DNA from: a virus
Taxonomy: Duplodnaviria > Heunggongvirae > Uroviricota > Caudoviricetes
Direction: 5' to 3' (one strand)
Virus record (IMG/VR): IMGVR_UViG_3300028800_000057
Length of the DNA: 64,000 nucleotides
The notes below the pieces were generated by a model, which made no database searches, was not told the origin of the DNA, and worked only from the letters and a program-made list of their open reading frames with translations. Made by a program: the position numbers and the translations under genes. Of the stretch, positions 15,802-24,912 are shown piece by piece; the stretch's first letter is position 1, and each line of letters opens with the position of its first letter.

Positions 15802-17225
15802 AGAAGTGTAGGTTCTTCATGTTGCACTCCGAGTGCAATCCAGGGAAGGTTAAAGCTATCGAGGCCCTCCATGCTGAGTATGTGCTTTACGTTCGGATAT
15901 GCGTCCAGACGATGCTCTCCGCTCGCCGACTAAGCTTGCCCCGCTCGGAGAAGCAAGAGTTCTTTCCCCGAGCTGAGAACCTAACTTCACAGATTGAGAA
16001 GAACGCCCGTGATCATGCCATCCAGATCGTAAGTACCTGGGCCAAGGGGATCTATGCCAGGAAGCTCAAGACTTTCATCAGGTTATCCTTCAATGAAGGG
16101 ACTTTCGATGAGGACTTTCGGAAGCAACTCTGTACGGTCGGCAAGTATTTGGTTCACGATCCGAGTAAGACCGTGACCCAAGAGGCTATCAATCTGTATT
16201 GGGCTTGGCTCTCTGACCCAGAAGTAGTTGGAAACTTCCCAAGTGTGTCTAGTCGAATCCCAATGAGGATGTCTGAAAACACCTGCTCATTGGAAGATCC
16301 AGAAGAGGCTGTTCACGCTTATCTTTGGCTCAAGATCTCGACCTTAGTTTCTCGTAAGCTTGCCTGGCTCCCGCTGGTTGGAAACCCGTATGTCAAGAAG
16401 TCCTCTGATGTGGGTAAGGGGATTCATGCTAGAAAAGACCGAAAAGGCCGGTGGCGATTCGAAGCTGTTGACACCAAAGAATGGCTGATCTGTGAGGCGG
16501 AGCCAGACCTTCCAATGATCGGAGTAGATGTCGGGCTAAACGTAGTAGCGGCTACTTCGAGCGGACACACGTTTGGGGCAGACTTGAAACCCAAGTTTAA
16601 TCGGCTCTACAACAAGGTCAGGGCGGTTCGAGCGAACCGCCAAAGGCAGGGACTCAAAGAAAACAGCCCTAGACTCGACAGGCTTGAGTCCAAGCTCTCC
16701 GGCTTGACTAAGAGCATCACTGGACGGGTCTCCAATGAGCTTCTTCGAGCTTATCCAGAATCAGTCTTCGTCCTTGAGGACTTGGATCTTCGGGGTTGTC
16801 GTGGTCAAAAACGCTTTTGCTACAGAGCCTTAGCTCACGCTCTTGAGAGCAAAGCTCCGACCGATAAGGTGAATCCCGCTTATTCTAGTCAAACATGCCC
16901 TTCTTGTGGGCATGTCTCCAGGCTCAATCGGTCTGGAACCAGTTTCATCTGCCGCCAATGCGGCAGGATTTCACATGCTGATGTGGTAGGAGGGATCAAT
17001 CTGCTCAGACGTTCTGAGAGCAAACAGATTGGTCTCAATGATCACCCATCGGAAGTGAAGAGAATGCTTGTGAGGCTATACTGGTCTAGGAGGAATCCTA
17101 ACCAGGACTGTCCACAAGACTTCTTGAATAAATACGCGCCATTACCGTATGGCCGGAGGCTTACTACCAAGGGACGTTCTCGAAAGAGAAGCATTGGCAT
17201 AGCTTTTAATCAGGTAGTTGCTTGA
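15798..17225 (+). CDS. tnpB: TnpB (RuvC-like RNA-guided nuclease, IS605/IS607 family)
   Basis: RuvC-I (IGVDVGLN), RuvC-II (VFVLEDLD), zinc finger CPSCGH...CRQCG and RuvC-III (HADVVGGINL). Confidence 0.8.
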   Translation: MKKCRFFMLHSECNPGKVKAIEALHAEYVLYVRICVQTMLSARRLSLPRSEKQEFFPRAENLTSQIEKNARDHAIQIVSTWAKGIYARKLKTFIRLSFNEGTFDEDFRKQLCTVGKYLVHDPSKTVTQEAINLYWAWLSDPEVVGNFPSVSSRIPMRMSENTCSLEDPEEAVHAYLWLKISTLVSRKLAWLPLVGNPYVKKSSDVGKGIHARKDRKGRWRFEAVDTKEWLICEAEPDLPMIGVDVGLNVVAATSSGHTFGADLKPKFNRLYNKVRAVRANRQRQGLKENSPRLDRLESKLSGLTKSITGRVSNELLRAYPESVFVLEDLDLRGCRGQKRFCYRALAHALESKAPTDKVNPAYSSQTCPSCGHVSRLNRSGTSFICRQCGRISHADVVGGINLLRRSESKQIGLNDHPSEVKRMLVRLYWSRRNPNQDCPQDFLNKYAPLPYGRRLTTKGRSRKRSIGIAFNQVVA

Positions 17226-17379
17226 ACCCACGTAAGTTTAAGCAACTTCTTGAGTACGGTTGGACTGATCCAGGCTCAGGATTCTCAGGACAACCCTAAT
17301 ATTGTCAAGATTAAACTGGATGATATCAGTAGAATCATGTTCATCCCAGCTAACAAGTCTAGTAGTTTAGCTGATAGGG

Positions 17380-17964
17380 TTGCGACTCGTTGGTGTATTC
17401 AGCAGGGTGGCAATCGGTAAGGGTCCAATTAATCTCCCCGTAACTCCTGATATGCCCCTAAGTGAGCTTCAAGAGAAGTTGAAGGCTCATGTACGAGGCC
17501 CCGGCGCAGTCTGTCCAGTATGCCGTCAACTCGTGAGGATGGTTGAAAAAGAGCTGAGTGCCCCGATGGCGTACGTCCTCATTCTGATGTACCGTCACTT
17601 CCAGACGGCCTCTGACTGGCTCGACATGAACCAGTACATCTCAAACATGGTGGCGATTGGGTCCGAGGTGAAGGGTGGGGAGTGGTCGAAGATGAAGTAC
17701 TGGCAACTCATCGTCGAGCGCCCGCCGGAGAAGAAGTCAATCGTGAACCCCAAGCCTCCAGTCAAGACTCAGGGGATGTACAAGATGACAGAGCTTGGCG
17801 CAAGGTTCGTTCTCGGCAAGATCAAGATCCCTCGAAGTGTCTGGCTCTACAATGGCAAGGTCATCGAGGTACATAAGAAGTCCGTAAGCATTCAAGAATG
17901 CTTAGGAAAAGACTACAACTACGAAGCACTCATGGCTGGGAACCTAGGAAGCTTCGCAGTCTGA
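17380..17964 (+). CDS. hypothetical protein
   Basis: 194-aa ORF downstream of tnpB. Confidence 0.45.
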   Translation: MRLVGVFSRVAIGKGPINLPVTPDMPLSELQEKLKAHVRGPGAVCPVCRQLVRMVEKELSAPMAYVLILMYRHFQTASDWLDMNQYISNMVAIGSEVKGGEWSKMKYWQLIVERPPEKKSIVNPKPPVKTQGMYKMTELGARFVLGKIKIPRSVWLYNGKVIEVHKKSVSIQECLGKDYNYEALMAGNLGSFAV

Positions 17965-17969
17965 TTTAT

Positions 17970-18042
17970 GCCCCCATAGCTCAGTGGATAGAGCAAAGGT
18001 TTTCTAAACCTGAGGTCGAAAGTTCAAGTCTTTCTGGGGGTA
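17970..18042 (+). tRNA. tRNA-Arg(TCT)
   Basis: GCTCAGTGGATAGAGC D-arm, anticodon loop TTTCTAA, T-arm GAAAGTTCAAGTCTTTC, CCA follows. Confidence 0.7.
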
Positions 18043-18047
18043 CCAAT

Positions 18048-18120
18048 GTCCGCGCAGCTCGATTGGAGGAGCAACAGCTTGCGAAGCTGGAGGTTGGAGG
18101 TTCGACCCCTCTCGCGGACG
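18048..18120 (+). tRNA. tRNA-Arg(GCG)
   Basis: Acceptor GTCCGCG/CGCGGAC perfect, anticodon loop TTGCGAA, T-arm GGAGGTTCGACCCCTCT, CCA follows. Confidence 0.65.
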
Positions 18121-18125
18121 CCAAT

Positions 18126-18199
18126 GATCTCGTAGCATAACGGACTTGTGCAGCGGCCTCCGAAGCCGACGACTGTGGGTTCGAATCCCACCGGGATCA
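18126..18199 (+). tRNA. tRNA-Arg(CCG)
   Basis: Anticodon loop CTCCGAA, T-arm GTGGGTTCGAATCCCAC, CCA follows. The D-arm is weak. Confidence 0.5.
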
Positions 18200-18221
18200 C
18201 CAACTACGGTGTATTAGGGCC

Positions 18222-18557
18222 ATGGCTGTAATCACAATCAATGGCAAACGCATAGAGGTTGATGGCTCAGGTACTGTCTCAATCAACAATGGGGTTATCA
18301 AGGTTGATGGGGTGACCGTCGAGAATGGCCTTCATGGAGTCGTCGAAGTCAAGTGGGAAGGTCCTCTTGCTAACCTTCGATCTGATGCTTCAGTCACTTG
18401 TGGGGACGTCACTGGGAACGTGAGTGCGGGAGGTAGTGTCCATGCTGGTAACATTCAATCTACAGTGACCGCCGGTGGGAGTGTCCACGCTGATGACATC
18501 ATCGGGAACGTTAATGCTGGAGGAAGTGTCAACTGTAGAAGTCAAAGATCTCGTTAG
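18222..18557 (+). CDS. small repeat protein (three copies of G-N-V-x-A-G-G-S-V-H-A)
   Basis: 111-aa ORF with internal tandem repeats. Confidence 0.4.
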   Translation: MAVITINGKRIEVDGSGTVSINNGVIKVDGVTVENGLHGVVEVKWEGPLANLRSDASVTCGDVTGNVSAGGSVHAGNIQSTVTAGGSVHADDIIGNVNAGGSVNCRSQRSR

Positions 18558-18561
18558 TTAC

Positions 18562-18635
18562 ACCCCCATAGCTCAATTGGATAGAGCAGAGGTTTTCGAA
18601 GCCTAAGGTTGGAGATTCGAGTTCTCCTGGGGGTA
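18562..18635 (+). tRNA. tRNA-Arg(TCG)
   Basis: GCTCAATTGGATAGAGC D-arm, anticodon loop TTTCGAA, T-arm GGAGATTCGAGTTCTCC, CCA follows. Confidence 0.6.
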
Positions 18636-18640
18636 CCAAT

Positions 18641-18713
18641 GCTGATGTAGCTCAATCGGTAGAGCGGCGCTTTCATAAGGCGAAGGTTGCGGGTTCGAGT
18701 CCCGCTTTCAGCA
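18641..18713 (+). tRNA. tRNA-Met(CAT) (or Ile2)
   Basis: GCTCAATCGGTAGAGC D-arm, anticodon loop TTCATAA, T-arm GCGGGTTCGAGTCCCGC, CCA follows. Confidence 0.65.
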
Positions 18714-18743
18714 CCAAAGTTCTCACTGGGTGTAGTACCTAGG

Positions 18744-18923
18744 ATGGTGAGAATACTCCGAAGGTCGAAGGACGAAGTAGTGGTCATGGACAACGAAGAC
18801 ATAGTTGGTTCTGTAGTCAACCAAGTTGGATGTGTTCAGGTTGCAACTATTGACGGTTCTTTCGTGGTTGTCGACGATGTAGTCAGAGCGGCCAAGCTCC
18901 TCGATGAGCCTTGGCCTGAGTAA
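18744..18923 (+). CDS. small hypothetical protein
   Basis: The ORF track 18687..18923 begins inside a tRNA. The internal ATG at 18744 lies beyond the tRNA. Confidence 0.3.
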   Translation: MVRILRRSKDEVVVMDNEDIVGSVVNQVGCVQVATIDGSFVVVDDVVRAAKLLDEPWPE

Positions 18924-18930
18924 CTTTCAT

Positions 18931-19005
18931 GCCCCTGTAGCTCAATTGGTAGAGCGCTGGTCCTACAAACCAGAGGTTTTGTACGTTCAAGTCGTATCGG
19001 GGGTA
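18931..19005 (+). tRNA. tRNA-Val(TAC) with C32-C33 anticodon loop
   Basis: GCTCAATTGGTAGAGC D-arm, anticodon arm CTGGT-CCTACAA-ACCAG, T-loop TTCAAGT. Confidence 0.5.
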
Positions 19006-19010
19006 CTAAC

Positions 19011-19095
19011 GCACGAGTGGCGGAACTAGGCAGACGCTCCGGACTTAGAATCCGGCGGGGTAATTCCCATGGAGGTTCAATTCCTCTCTCGTGCA
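19011..19095 (+). tRNA. tRNA-Leu(TAG), type II
   Basis: Acceptor GCACGAG/CTCGTGC perfect, anticodon arm CCGGA-CTTAGAA-TCCGG, long variable arm, T-arm GGAGGTTCAATTCCTCT, CCA follows. Confidence 0.75.
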
Positions 19096-19354
19096 CCAAT
19101 CTCCAATGAAAGAAGGTTTTATGCTCAAGTTCAAGATACGATGGCTTAGTTCAAGACTCGTTATGGGTCGTGGCCTAAGCTGGGTGGTATAGCTGAATCC
19201 AATAGCTCAGTTCTGAGAGGCTCAGCTGCATTCATCGCCTCATTCAGGCAAATGCTAGCGATCTCTGCTCGGAATTGAGCCGGTTTTCTTGGGTTCACCA
19301 AAACTAAGGGCATAGAACTCTCACCTTCAATACGCCGTTTTGTCTTAGATCTTC

Positions 19355-19585
19355 CTACTCACCTGTTGGTAAATAGGTGACCTTCCTAGAAGGTTCATTC
19401 ACGATCGAGGCCTTCTCAATACAGTACCTTGTTCTGAGGTAGAAGTCACCGTCTCTAGCAATCGTCTCCGCAAGATCTGGGGTGGCTCCTCGAACAGTGC
19501 ACTTTCCAGTGTACGTTCGGTTGAACTCGCAATTTATCGAACAACACCTTGTATCAAACGGGATAATTACTCTTAGAGCTGGCAT
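19355..19585 (-). CDS. small Cys-rich hypothetical protein
   Basis: 76-aa ORF on the minus strand between the tRNA block and an AT-rich region. Confidence 0.3.
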   Translation of the reverse strand: MPALRVIIPFDTRCCSINCEFNRTYTGKCTVRGATPDLAETIARDGDFYLRTRYCIEKASIVNEPSRKVTYLPTGE

Positions 19586-19737
19586 GCCATTACTCTACTC
19601 AATAAGATGATAAAACTCAATGACATTTAAGCAACCTTCGATTAATCAAGTCTTCATTCATTGATACATGAGGCTTACAGACCTCAACGTAGGCATGGCT
19701 CGCTCTTAGTTATCTTCTTGTTGGGTTTTCTTCGTAG

Positions 19738-21015
19738 ATGCGCGAAGACGTCTTAACTCTCCGAGTAGCTGCTCGCTTCATTCAAGCAGACATCTTGACC
19801 AAGCAATGGCTCATGGGGGTCAAGAGGGGCTGGACTGCCGTCATCAAGTCCCCGCATGAGATGGATGACAAGCACAAGGCTCTCATTGAGTTCCTGAGGA
19901 ACCTAGGGGATCAGGTACTCTTCCAAAGGCATGGCATGAACATTGTGTTCACCGGTTCTAGGGAGCGGATCAAGTTCGAGAACCTTTTGGCAAAGACCAA
20001 AGGTCAGGTTTTCGAGGTGTACACAGAATACGAAAAAATAGCCAGTAATTACAGAGAGGTAAGTGAGAAGCGCGAGAAGTTCCTGGATGAGATCGAAGAG
20101 CGAACTGGGGACAACATCCGAAAGCTTCACGGATCTGATGAGTTCATTCGCAAATACCCTGAATACGAGCCATATCACGCAAAGTGGACTAAGGCCATGG
20201 ATGCTGTTGATCAGTATCGGTGGCATCCAGAAGTGGTGTGGGCTCCGGCTACCAGAGTCTTCGATGCTTTGATGAAGCACCTCTACGCTGATGCCAAGGC
20301 TACCGCTGAGTACAAGAAGGAACACGGGGAAGATCCAATCGATGACTTCTACTCTACGGTTCCTAAGGAATTTGATCTCAACAGCGCCAAGGTTGTTGTC
20401 ATTGATGACTCAGTGAGTCGGAATGACGTTCGTGATTACATCAAGTACATCAACCGAGCACAACAGATGTTGAAAAACAATGGTTTCGGAAAGTTGTGGT
20501 ACGGGGTGATGTTTGTTGAGGCCAAGAATCACAAGAAAACCCAAGAAGAGATTGAGCTTGCTCAGAAGTGGGGTTACAGTAGTTCTGGGGATGCTGGGGA
20601 GTATAACCACGATCTGGACCAAGTCTATATTAGGAATAAGCCAGAGGGTTTCGTTACCCGTATCGTGATCCATGAGCTTGGGCACCGATACTGGTTCAAG
20701 TTCATGACCCCAGCGAATCGAGCTCGATTCAATGCCTTAGTTCAAACCAAGACTACAGACAGATTCAGGGATTACCCGCAGGGACCTACTGATGAAGAGG
20801 GTAATCCTAAGCCGGTTGCACCATTGGGTGAGTACGCTAGCTCCAACATTGAAGAGGCTTTCGCGGAAGTGTTTGAGGGTTATGTGTCTGGAGGGGGTCT
20901 CACTCGAGACCAACTTGAGTCTTTCCGATCAGTTCTATCCTCTGAGCGGAACCAAGAATATCCTTTGGTTTCTAGTAGTGGACACTATCAGATCCGTCGG
21001 GTAGTAGATCTTTAG
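19738..21015 (+). CDS. putative zinc metallopeptidase (HExxH) with RVAARF leader
   Basis: VIHELGHRYW HExxH motif. N-terminus MREDVLTLRVAARFIQA. Confidence 0.5.
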   Translation: MREDVLTLRVAARFIQADILTKQWLMGVKRGWTAVIKSPHEMDDKHKALIEFLRNLGDQVLFQRHGMNIVFTGSRERIKFENLLAKTKGQVFEVYTEYEKIASNYREVSEKREKFLDEIEERTGDNIRKLHGSDEFIRKYPEYEPYHAKWTKAMDAVDQYRWHPEVVWAPATRVFDALMKHLYADAKATAEYKKEHGEDPIDDFYSTVPKEFDLNSAKVVVIDDSVSRNDVRDYIKYINRAQQMLKNNGFGKLWYGVMFVEAKNHKKTQEEIELAQKWGYSSSGDAGEYNHDLDQVYIRNKPEGFVTRIVIHELGHRYWFKFMTPANRARFNALVQTKTTDRFRDYPQGPTDEEGNPKPVAPLGEYASSNIEEAFAEVFEGYVSGGGLTRDQLESFRSVLSSERNQEYPLVSSSGHYQIRRVVDL

Positions 21016-21020
21016 TTCAG

Positions 21021-21169
21021 TCATGATCACCTTCATCTTGTTCGTTGACAAGCTCTTCTAGAGCCGCTATTGCTTCATCAATGCCTTCGAAAGGTCCTGG
21101 TGAATGTTTCTTTGCCATAGCAATGTACAGTTTGATTAGGTCTCTCTGGGCTGGTGTCATAAATTTCAT
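21021..21169 (-). CDS. small ORF translationally coupled (ATGA overlap) to the tail-fiber-like gene
   Basis: 49-aa minus-strand ORF MKFMTPAQRDLIKLYIAMAKK.... Its ATG overlaps the TGA stop of the 21166..23631 gene. Confidence 0.3.
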
Positions 21170-23631
21170 AGATCAGCGGTTACCCGCTTACAGTGGTTAG
21201 TCGAGTCTACCCTAACAATAGCTGTCTTGCCTCCGGCAATCGTAACTCCGGTATCACCTGCCGCCCTAGAGATAACGAACATCGGGTTTGTGTTGTTATT
21301 TACTACCGTGAACTGAAGTCCAGGTATCCCAGGTAGGCCAACACCACTCGCTGAGGCTGAGGCCGATATCTCTATGGTGGTATTGTAGCACTCACTTAGT
21401 AGTATGAATCGATTGCTGCCAGCATACGAGAGAACCCCACCGGTCTGCTGAAATGTAACCAAACCCGGGGCAATCACGAGAAATTGTTGATTCTCTGTTA
21501 TAGCACTAAAGTCACAGTTTGGCCCTATCTCAATAGTACCACTTGAGCAAGAGATCCCAACACCACCAGCAAAGGTTATGTTGGACAGTCTGATACGAGC
21601 TGCTGTCTGTACACGCAAACAATAACCTGTAGGTCCCGTCTCTATTCTCCCACCATCCAGTAGTAGAGTACCCGTAGTACCAACATCAACCGCGATTCCA
21701 CTTTTCATCTTCAGATCTATGTCGCGGATGATGTTAGTGCCGACTCCAGATACAAACACCCCTGTTGCACCAGGATCAGTTCGAGTGCTGTGGTGATGCC
21801 ACTGTGATATGGTAGCTGCCCCAGAAATAACAATTCCAGTAAGACACTCGTCAGTATTCAGCTGGGTGAATGAGGTTCCAGTTGCAGTAGCGTCGATATA
21901 AATACCAATAGGAGCCTTGGTATAGCTGCAATTTGTAAATGTTGCGGTCTCATTATTGCGATCAACTAGAAGCCCGTACTGGGGGTTCTTAGTGCTCGAT
22001 AACCCAAGGGTTTTTGTTCTTTTAGAACCCCAAAGCCACTGCCCTACTTCACTTCCAATGTCAGCACATGCAACGAATGCACAATCTAAACAACCAAAAG
22101 TACCATCCACAAATACTTGTGCAACTTGACCCCAAACACAGTCAGAGGTTATGTTCCCAATGGCGTTGCAGGCATAACAGTCCATGAAGGAGTACCCCTG
22201 CGCTCTGGCATTGCGGATTCGATTATTCCACAGCAAGGTTCCTTCATTTGACTGACCGTAAAAGCCATTGCTCCCTATGTAGTAGGGGTTATTCGGAAAT
22301 TCAATCGTTGAGTTCGATAGTGTGCATTCGCGACTTGCTACATCAAATGCAAGAGTAGCAGTCCCACCGAGGAACGGGATCTGGTCATTCGTTAGTTGAT
22401 AGTTGAGTCCATTGACTGTAGCCCTTTGGGCCTGCGTGAACTCAATAAGCTGGTTTGCGTACCCACTGACATTAGCTCCTGTGAAGTCAAGTAAGATGTC
22501 CTTCGGGTAGTCGGGGGCACTGGTAACTGAGTCGCCAATTGAATGCTCCCACACAATAGATCGGTCGAGCAGAACAGCAACATAGGTTGGAACACCAGCG
22601 GTGAGACCTAGAGCTGTGTTTGCGGTACCAGCTCCGATCACAATCGACTTCGAGGAGATGAGTAGGTTGTTCCCTGATGCACCACCAGTTCCCACTTGCA
22701 GCAAAGAAGGCCACTTAACAACTATCGCTGCAATGAGAGTGATAAGGGTTGTTGTATTCCCAGCTCCGGATAACGTAAGTGTCTGCTCTCCAGCCCCATC
22801 AATGTTGAGCTTGAGGGTCAGTCCGTTGAGAGTCCCGCCACCCCCATAGAGAGTGGTGGCCGTTACGTCAGTGATCCCTATGGTGGAAACACCAAGTTCC
22901 TTGATAGTATATGTACACCCGCTCACTTGCGGGGTAACTCCCATGTACTGCTCAACCCAGATAACGTACCCAACTGCAGGAGTTATACCCCAGGGGTTGA
23001 CTATAATTATGTTGTTGTTGGCAGCCCTGGTTGCAGGAGGAGAAGCAACGGTGCTCCCAGGGGACAGGTTAGCTCTCCCATACAACCCGAAGCGATAGGT
23101 CATGTCAAACCTGAGATTTGTACCTGGAGCACACGTCATGTACTCCCCACTACTCAGGTTTGGAGTAGAATTTGGTGGAGCATAAGTACCACTACCATCA
23201 GGGGGTGTCTTGAACTGAATTGTATTCCCGGCATTCAGTTGTACTCGATACCCAGTACTTGCTGCTGAAGCTAATTTAGCAGTAAATGCTGGCATGTCAT
23301 CTACACTACCATCGATGGCTACATAGTTGAGAGTCTTGTTCTCAGCTTCGATCTCCGTTCGCATCTCATCGAGTCCACCACCAGTGAGAACAGCTACAAC
23401 GGTCGAACCTGGTGCATGTGAAACCGCGGTAGTCCCTTCGATCCCACGGGTCACTGTCCAAGAGGTACCCGAGACTCCGGTTACCAACATGAGTTCTTGG
23501 CCAATTCGAATCCTGAACTCAGGTTGAGTCGGAAAATGGGTAGTACTCTGGACTGAGAAGGTTAGGTCACCAGCTCCAACCGATGAGGACAAAGCTGTAC
23601 TTGCTTGATTGACGAAGCGTTCAGTTGTCAC
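21166..23631 (-). CDS. tail-fibre / receptor-binding-like structural protein (beta-helix-like, Gly/Thr/Asn/Ser-rich)
   Basis: 821-aa minus-strand ORF. Its composition and repeats resemble a tail fibre or pectate-lyase fold. Confidence 0.5.
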   Translation of the reverse strand: MTTERFVNQASTALSSSVGAGDLTFSVQSTTHFPTQPEFRIRIGQELMLVTGVSGTSWTVTRGIEGTTAVSHAPGSTVVAVLTGGGLDEMRTEIEAENKTLNYVAIDGSVDDMPAFTAKLASAASTGYRVQLNAGNTIQFKTPPDGSGTYAPPNSTPNLSSGEYMTCAPGTNLRFDMTYRFGLYGRANLSPGSTVASPPATRAANNNIIIVNPWGITPAVGYVIWVEQYMGVTPQVSGCTYTIKELGVSTIGITDVTATTLYGGGGTLNGLTLKLNIDGAGEQTLTLSGAGNTTTLITLIAAIVVKWPSLLQVGTGGASGNNLLISSKSIVIGAGTANTALGLTAGVPTYVAVLLDRSIVWEHSIGDSVTSAPDYPKDILLDFTGANVSGYANQLIEFTQAQRATVNGLNYQLTNDQIPFLGGTATLAFDVASRECTLSNSTIEFPNNPYYIGSNGFYGQSNEGTLLWNNRIRNARAQGYSFMDCYACNAIGNITSDCVWGQVAQVFVDGTFGCLDCAFVACADIGSEVGQWLWGSKRTKTLGLSSTKNPQYGLLVDRNNETATFTNCSYTKAPIGIYIDATATGTSFTQLNTDECLTGIVISGAATISQWHHHSTRTDPGATGVFVSGVGTNIIRDIDLKMKSGIAVDVGTTGTLLLDGGRIETGPTGYCLRVQTAARIRLSNITFAGGVGISCSSGTIEIGPNCDFSAITENQQFLVIAPGLVTFQQTGGVLSYAGSNRFILLSECYNTTIEISASASASGVGLPGIPGLQFTVVNNNTNPMFVISRAAGDTGVTIAGGKTAIVRVDSTNHCKRVTADL

Positions 23632-24312
23632 ACCCGAAGCAGGCCCATAGAGACTCTATTGGCCAGTTTAGTTCCCAAGAACTTGATCGCGGTGACCCCC
23701 TCAGATCACCAGAAAATCTCGGATTCAATTCGATGCTTGGATCAACTAAATCAAAGAAGATGTAGCTCTTGACGAAAAACGTCAGAGATGTCAATAGGGA
23801 ACCACTCAGGATTCTTCAATCGACCAGTTGCTTCGTCTCTATGCTTGTGAGAAAGTCTTACTGTGAGTTGAGCTTGCAGAAGTTGGTTCGGTGGTGGAGT
23901 TCGAACTCACCATTGAACCTGAGATTCTCTGGAACCTCTCTGGCTGTGCAAGTACCACCCCTCTTGTTGGTGCAATTATCGGCACAGAGGTTATCACCTT
24001 TGGTTCGGATTATTGATAGGAGCTGGTGAGTTTCTGAGGGTGGGGCTGGCCTGGCTTTGCCTTTTAAATGGCAGCTGCCCAATAAATCCAACACTTGCCT
24101 AATAATTAACCGGCTAGACGAACCAACCATTTTTGAACTTCCAAATACCACAGCAATCACCCACAGCCCTACTACCTGCAAACTCATTCAGCTCGATACC
24201 CTAAGCTCAAAACGAATCAGCACAAATGCCAGACAAAAAAGCAAAGGCCACCTCAGAGGATAGCCTTTGGTCAGTGTCATTGTGGTTAGTTTAATTCATG
24301 TCTATCCGGTTG

Positions 24313-24639
24313 TTACCCATTTCTTACTGACCAATTTTGTAAAGGGCGTGCTGTTGCGAACGAATTCCGAAGCTCAGCCAATTCTACCTGTTCAGCCTTT
24401 CGGTTCCGCTGCGGGAGCCACGCAGTGACGGAAATGACTAACGACTTATCAAGGTGGCGCTCTTGAGCTTCAGCGTAAGCATGGTTTCGACAAAAGGCGT
24501 TTTCTCTACTCCACCGCGAGCCTTCGCGAATGGCGTGCGTGATGGGACGGTACTGCCTATTTTCTATAAGGCAACGTTGGCAGTCAAAGTGGCGAGGCAT
24601 TGAACGTTCAACCGTACCACAGCGTGCACTGTCGGCCAA
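24313..24639 (-). CDS. hypothetical Cys/His-rich protein inside an inverted-repeat-flanked element
   Basis: 108-aa ORF, locally higher GC, flanked by 16-bp perfect inverted repeats at 24053-24068 and 24689-24704. Confidence 0.3.
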   Translation of the reverse strand: MADSARCGTVERSMPRHFDCQRCLIENRQYRPITHAIREGSRWSRENAFCRNHAYAEAQERHLDKSLVISVTAWLPQRNRKAEQVELAELRNSFATARPLQNWSVRNG

Positions 24640-24701
24640 GGTTTGGCCGACAGTGGGATGTTGCCTTTTAAGTCCCCTTGGTGAGGTATTTAAAAGGCAA
24701 A

Positions 24702-24767
24702 GCCGGGTGGTATACCGGCGCCCGTCCTATTAACGGGTGGCGTAGGGGTTCGATTCCTCCATGACCT
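24702..24767 (+). pseudogene. tRNA-like pseudogene (Ile-TAT-like anticodon arm) lacking a pairing acceptor stem
   Basis: D-arm GCCG...CGGC, anticodon arm CCCGT-CCTATTA-ACGGG, T-arm AGGGGTTCGATTCCTCC. The flanks do not pair. Its 5' end coincides with the right inverted repeat. Confidence 0.35.
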
Positions 24768-24772
24768 ACTGA

Positions 24773-24845
24773 GGGAGACTTCTTGACGGGTGTTGAGCAC
24801 GCTGTGACACGGCGTTGATGATGGGTTCGAGTCCCATGTCTCCTA
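24773..24845 (+). tRNA. tRNA-Val(GAC)
   Basis: Acceptor GGGAGAC/GTCTCCT, anticodon arm ACGCT-GTGACAC-GGCGT, T-arm ATGGGTTCGAGTCCCAT. Confidence 0.55.
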
Positions 24846-24912
24846 CTATCTAAAGGTGAGTTAGCTAGGTGGTGTAGTTGATGTCTAAACGTCTTGTACA
24901 TTATCCATACCT

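Noticed and set aside
17898-18140. 80-aa plus-strand ORF
   Set aside because: It spans tRNA-Arg(TCT) and tRNA-Arg(GCG).
18836-19099. 87-aa minus-strand ORF
   Set aside because: It is antisense to tRNA-Val and tRNA-Leu(TAG).
21166-23631. Antisense plus-strand ORFs (22601..22849, 22853..23098, 22927..23268, 23327..23527) inside the 821-aa gene
   Set aside because: They are fully nested in a long, continuous minus-strand ORF with repeat-rich structural-protein character.
23769-24263. Three short overlapping ORFs (86, 109 and 68 aa) upstream of the tail-fibre-like gene
   Set aside because: The region is AT-rich with low coding potential and the frames conflict. It is more likely a promoter or non-coding region for the divergent minus-strand gene.
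24668-24901. 77-aa minus-strand ORF
   Set aside because: It is antisense to the tRNA-like pseudogene and tRNA-Val(GAC).
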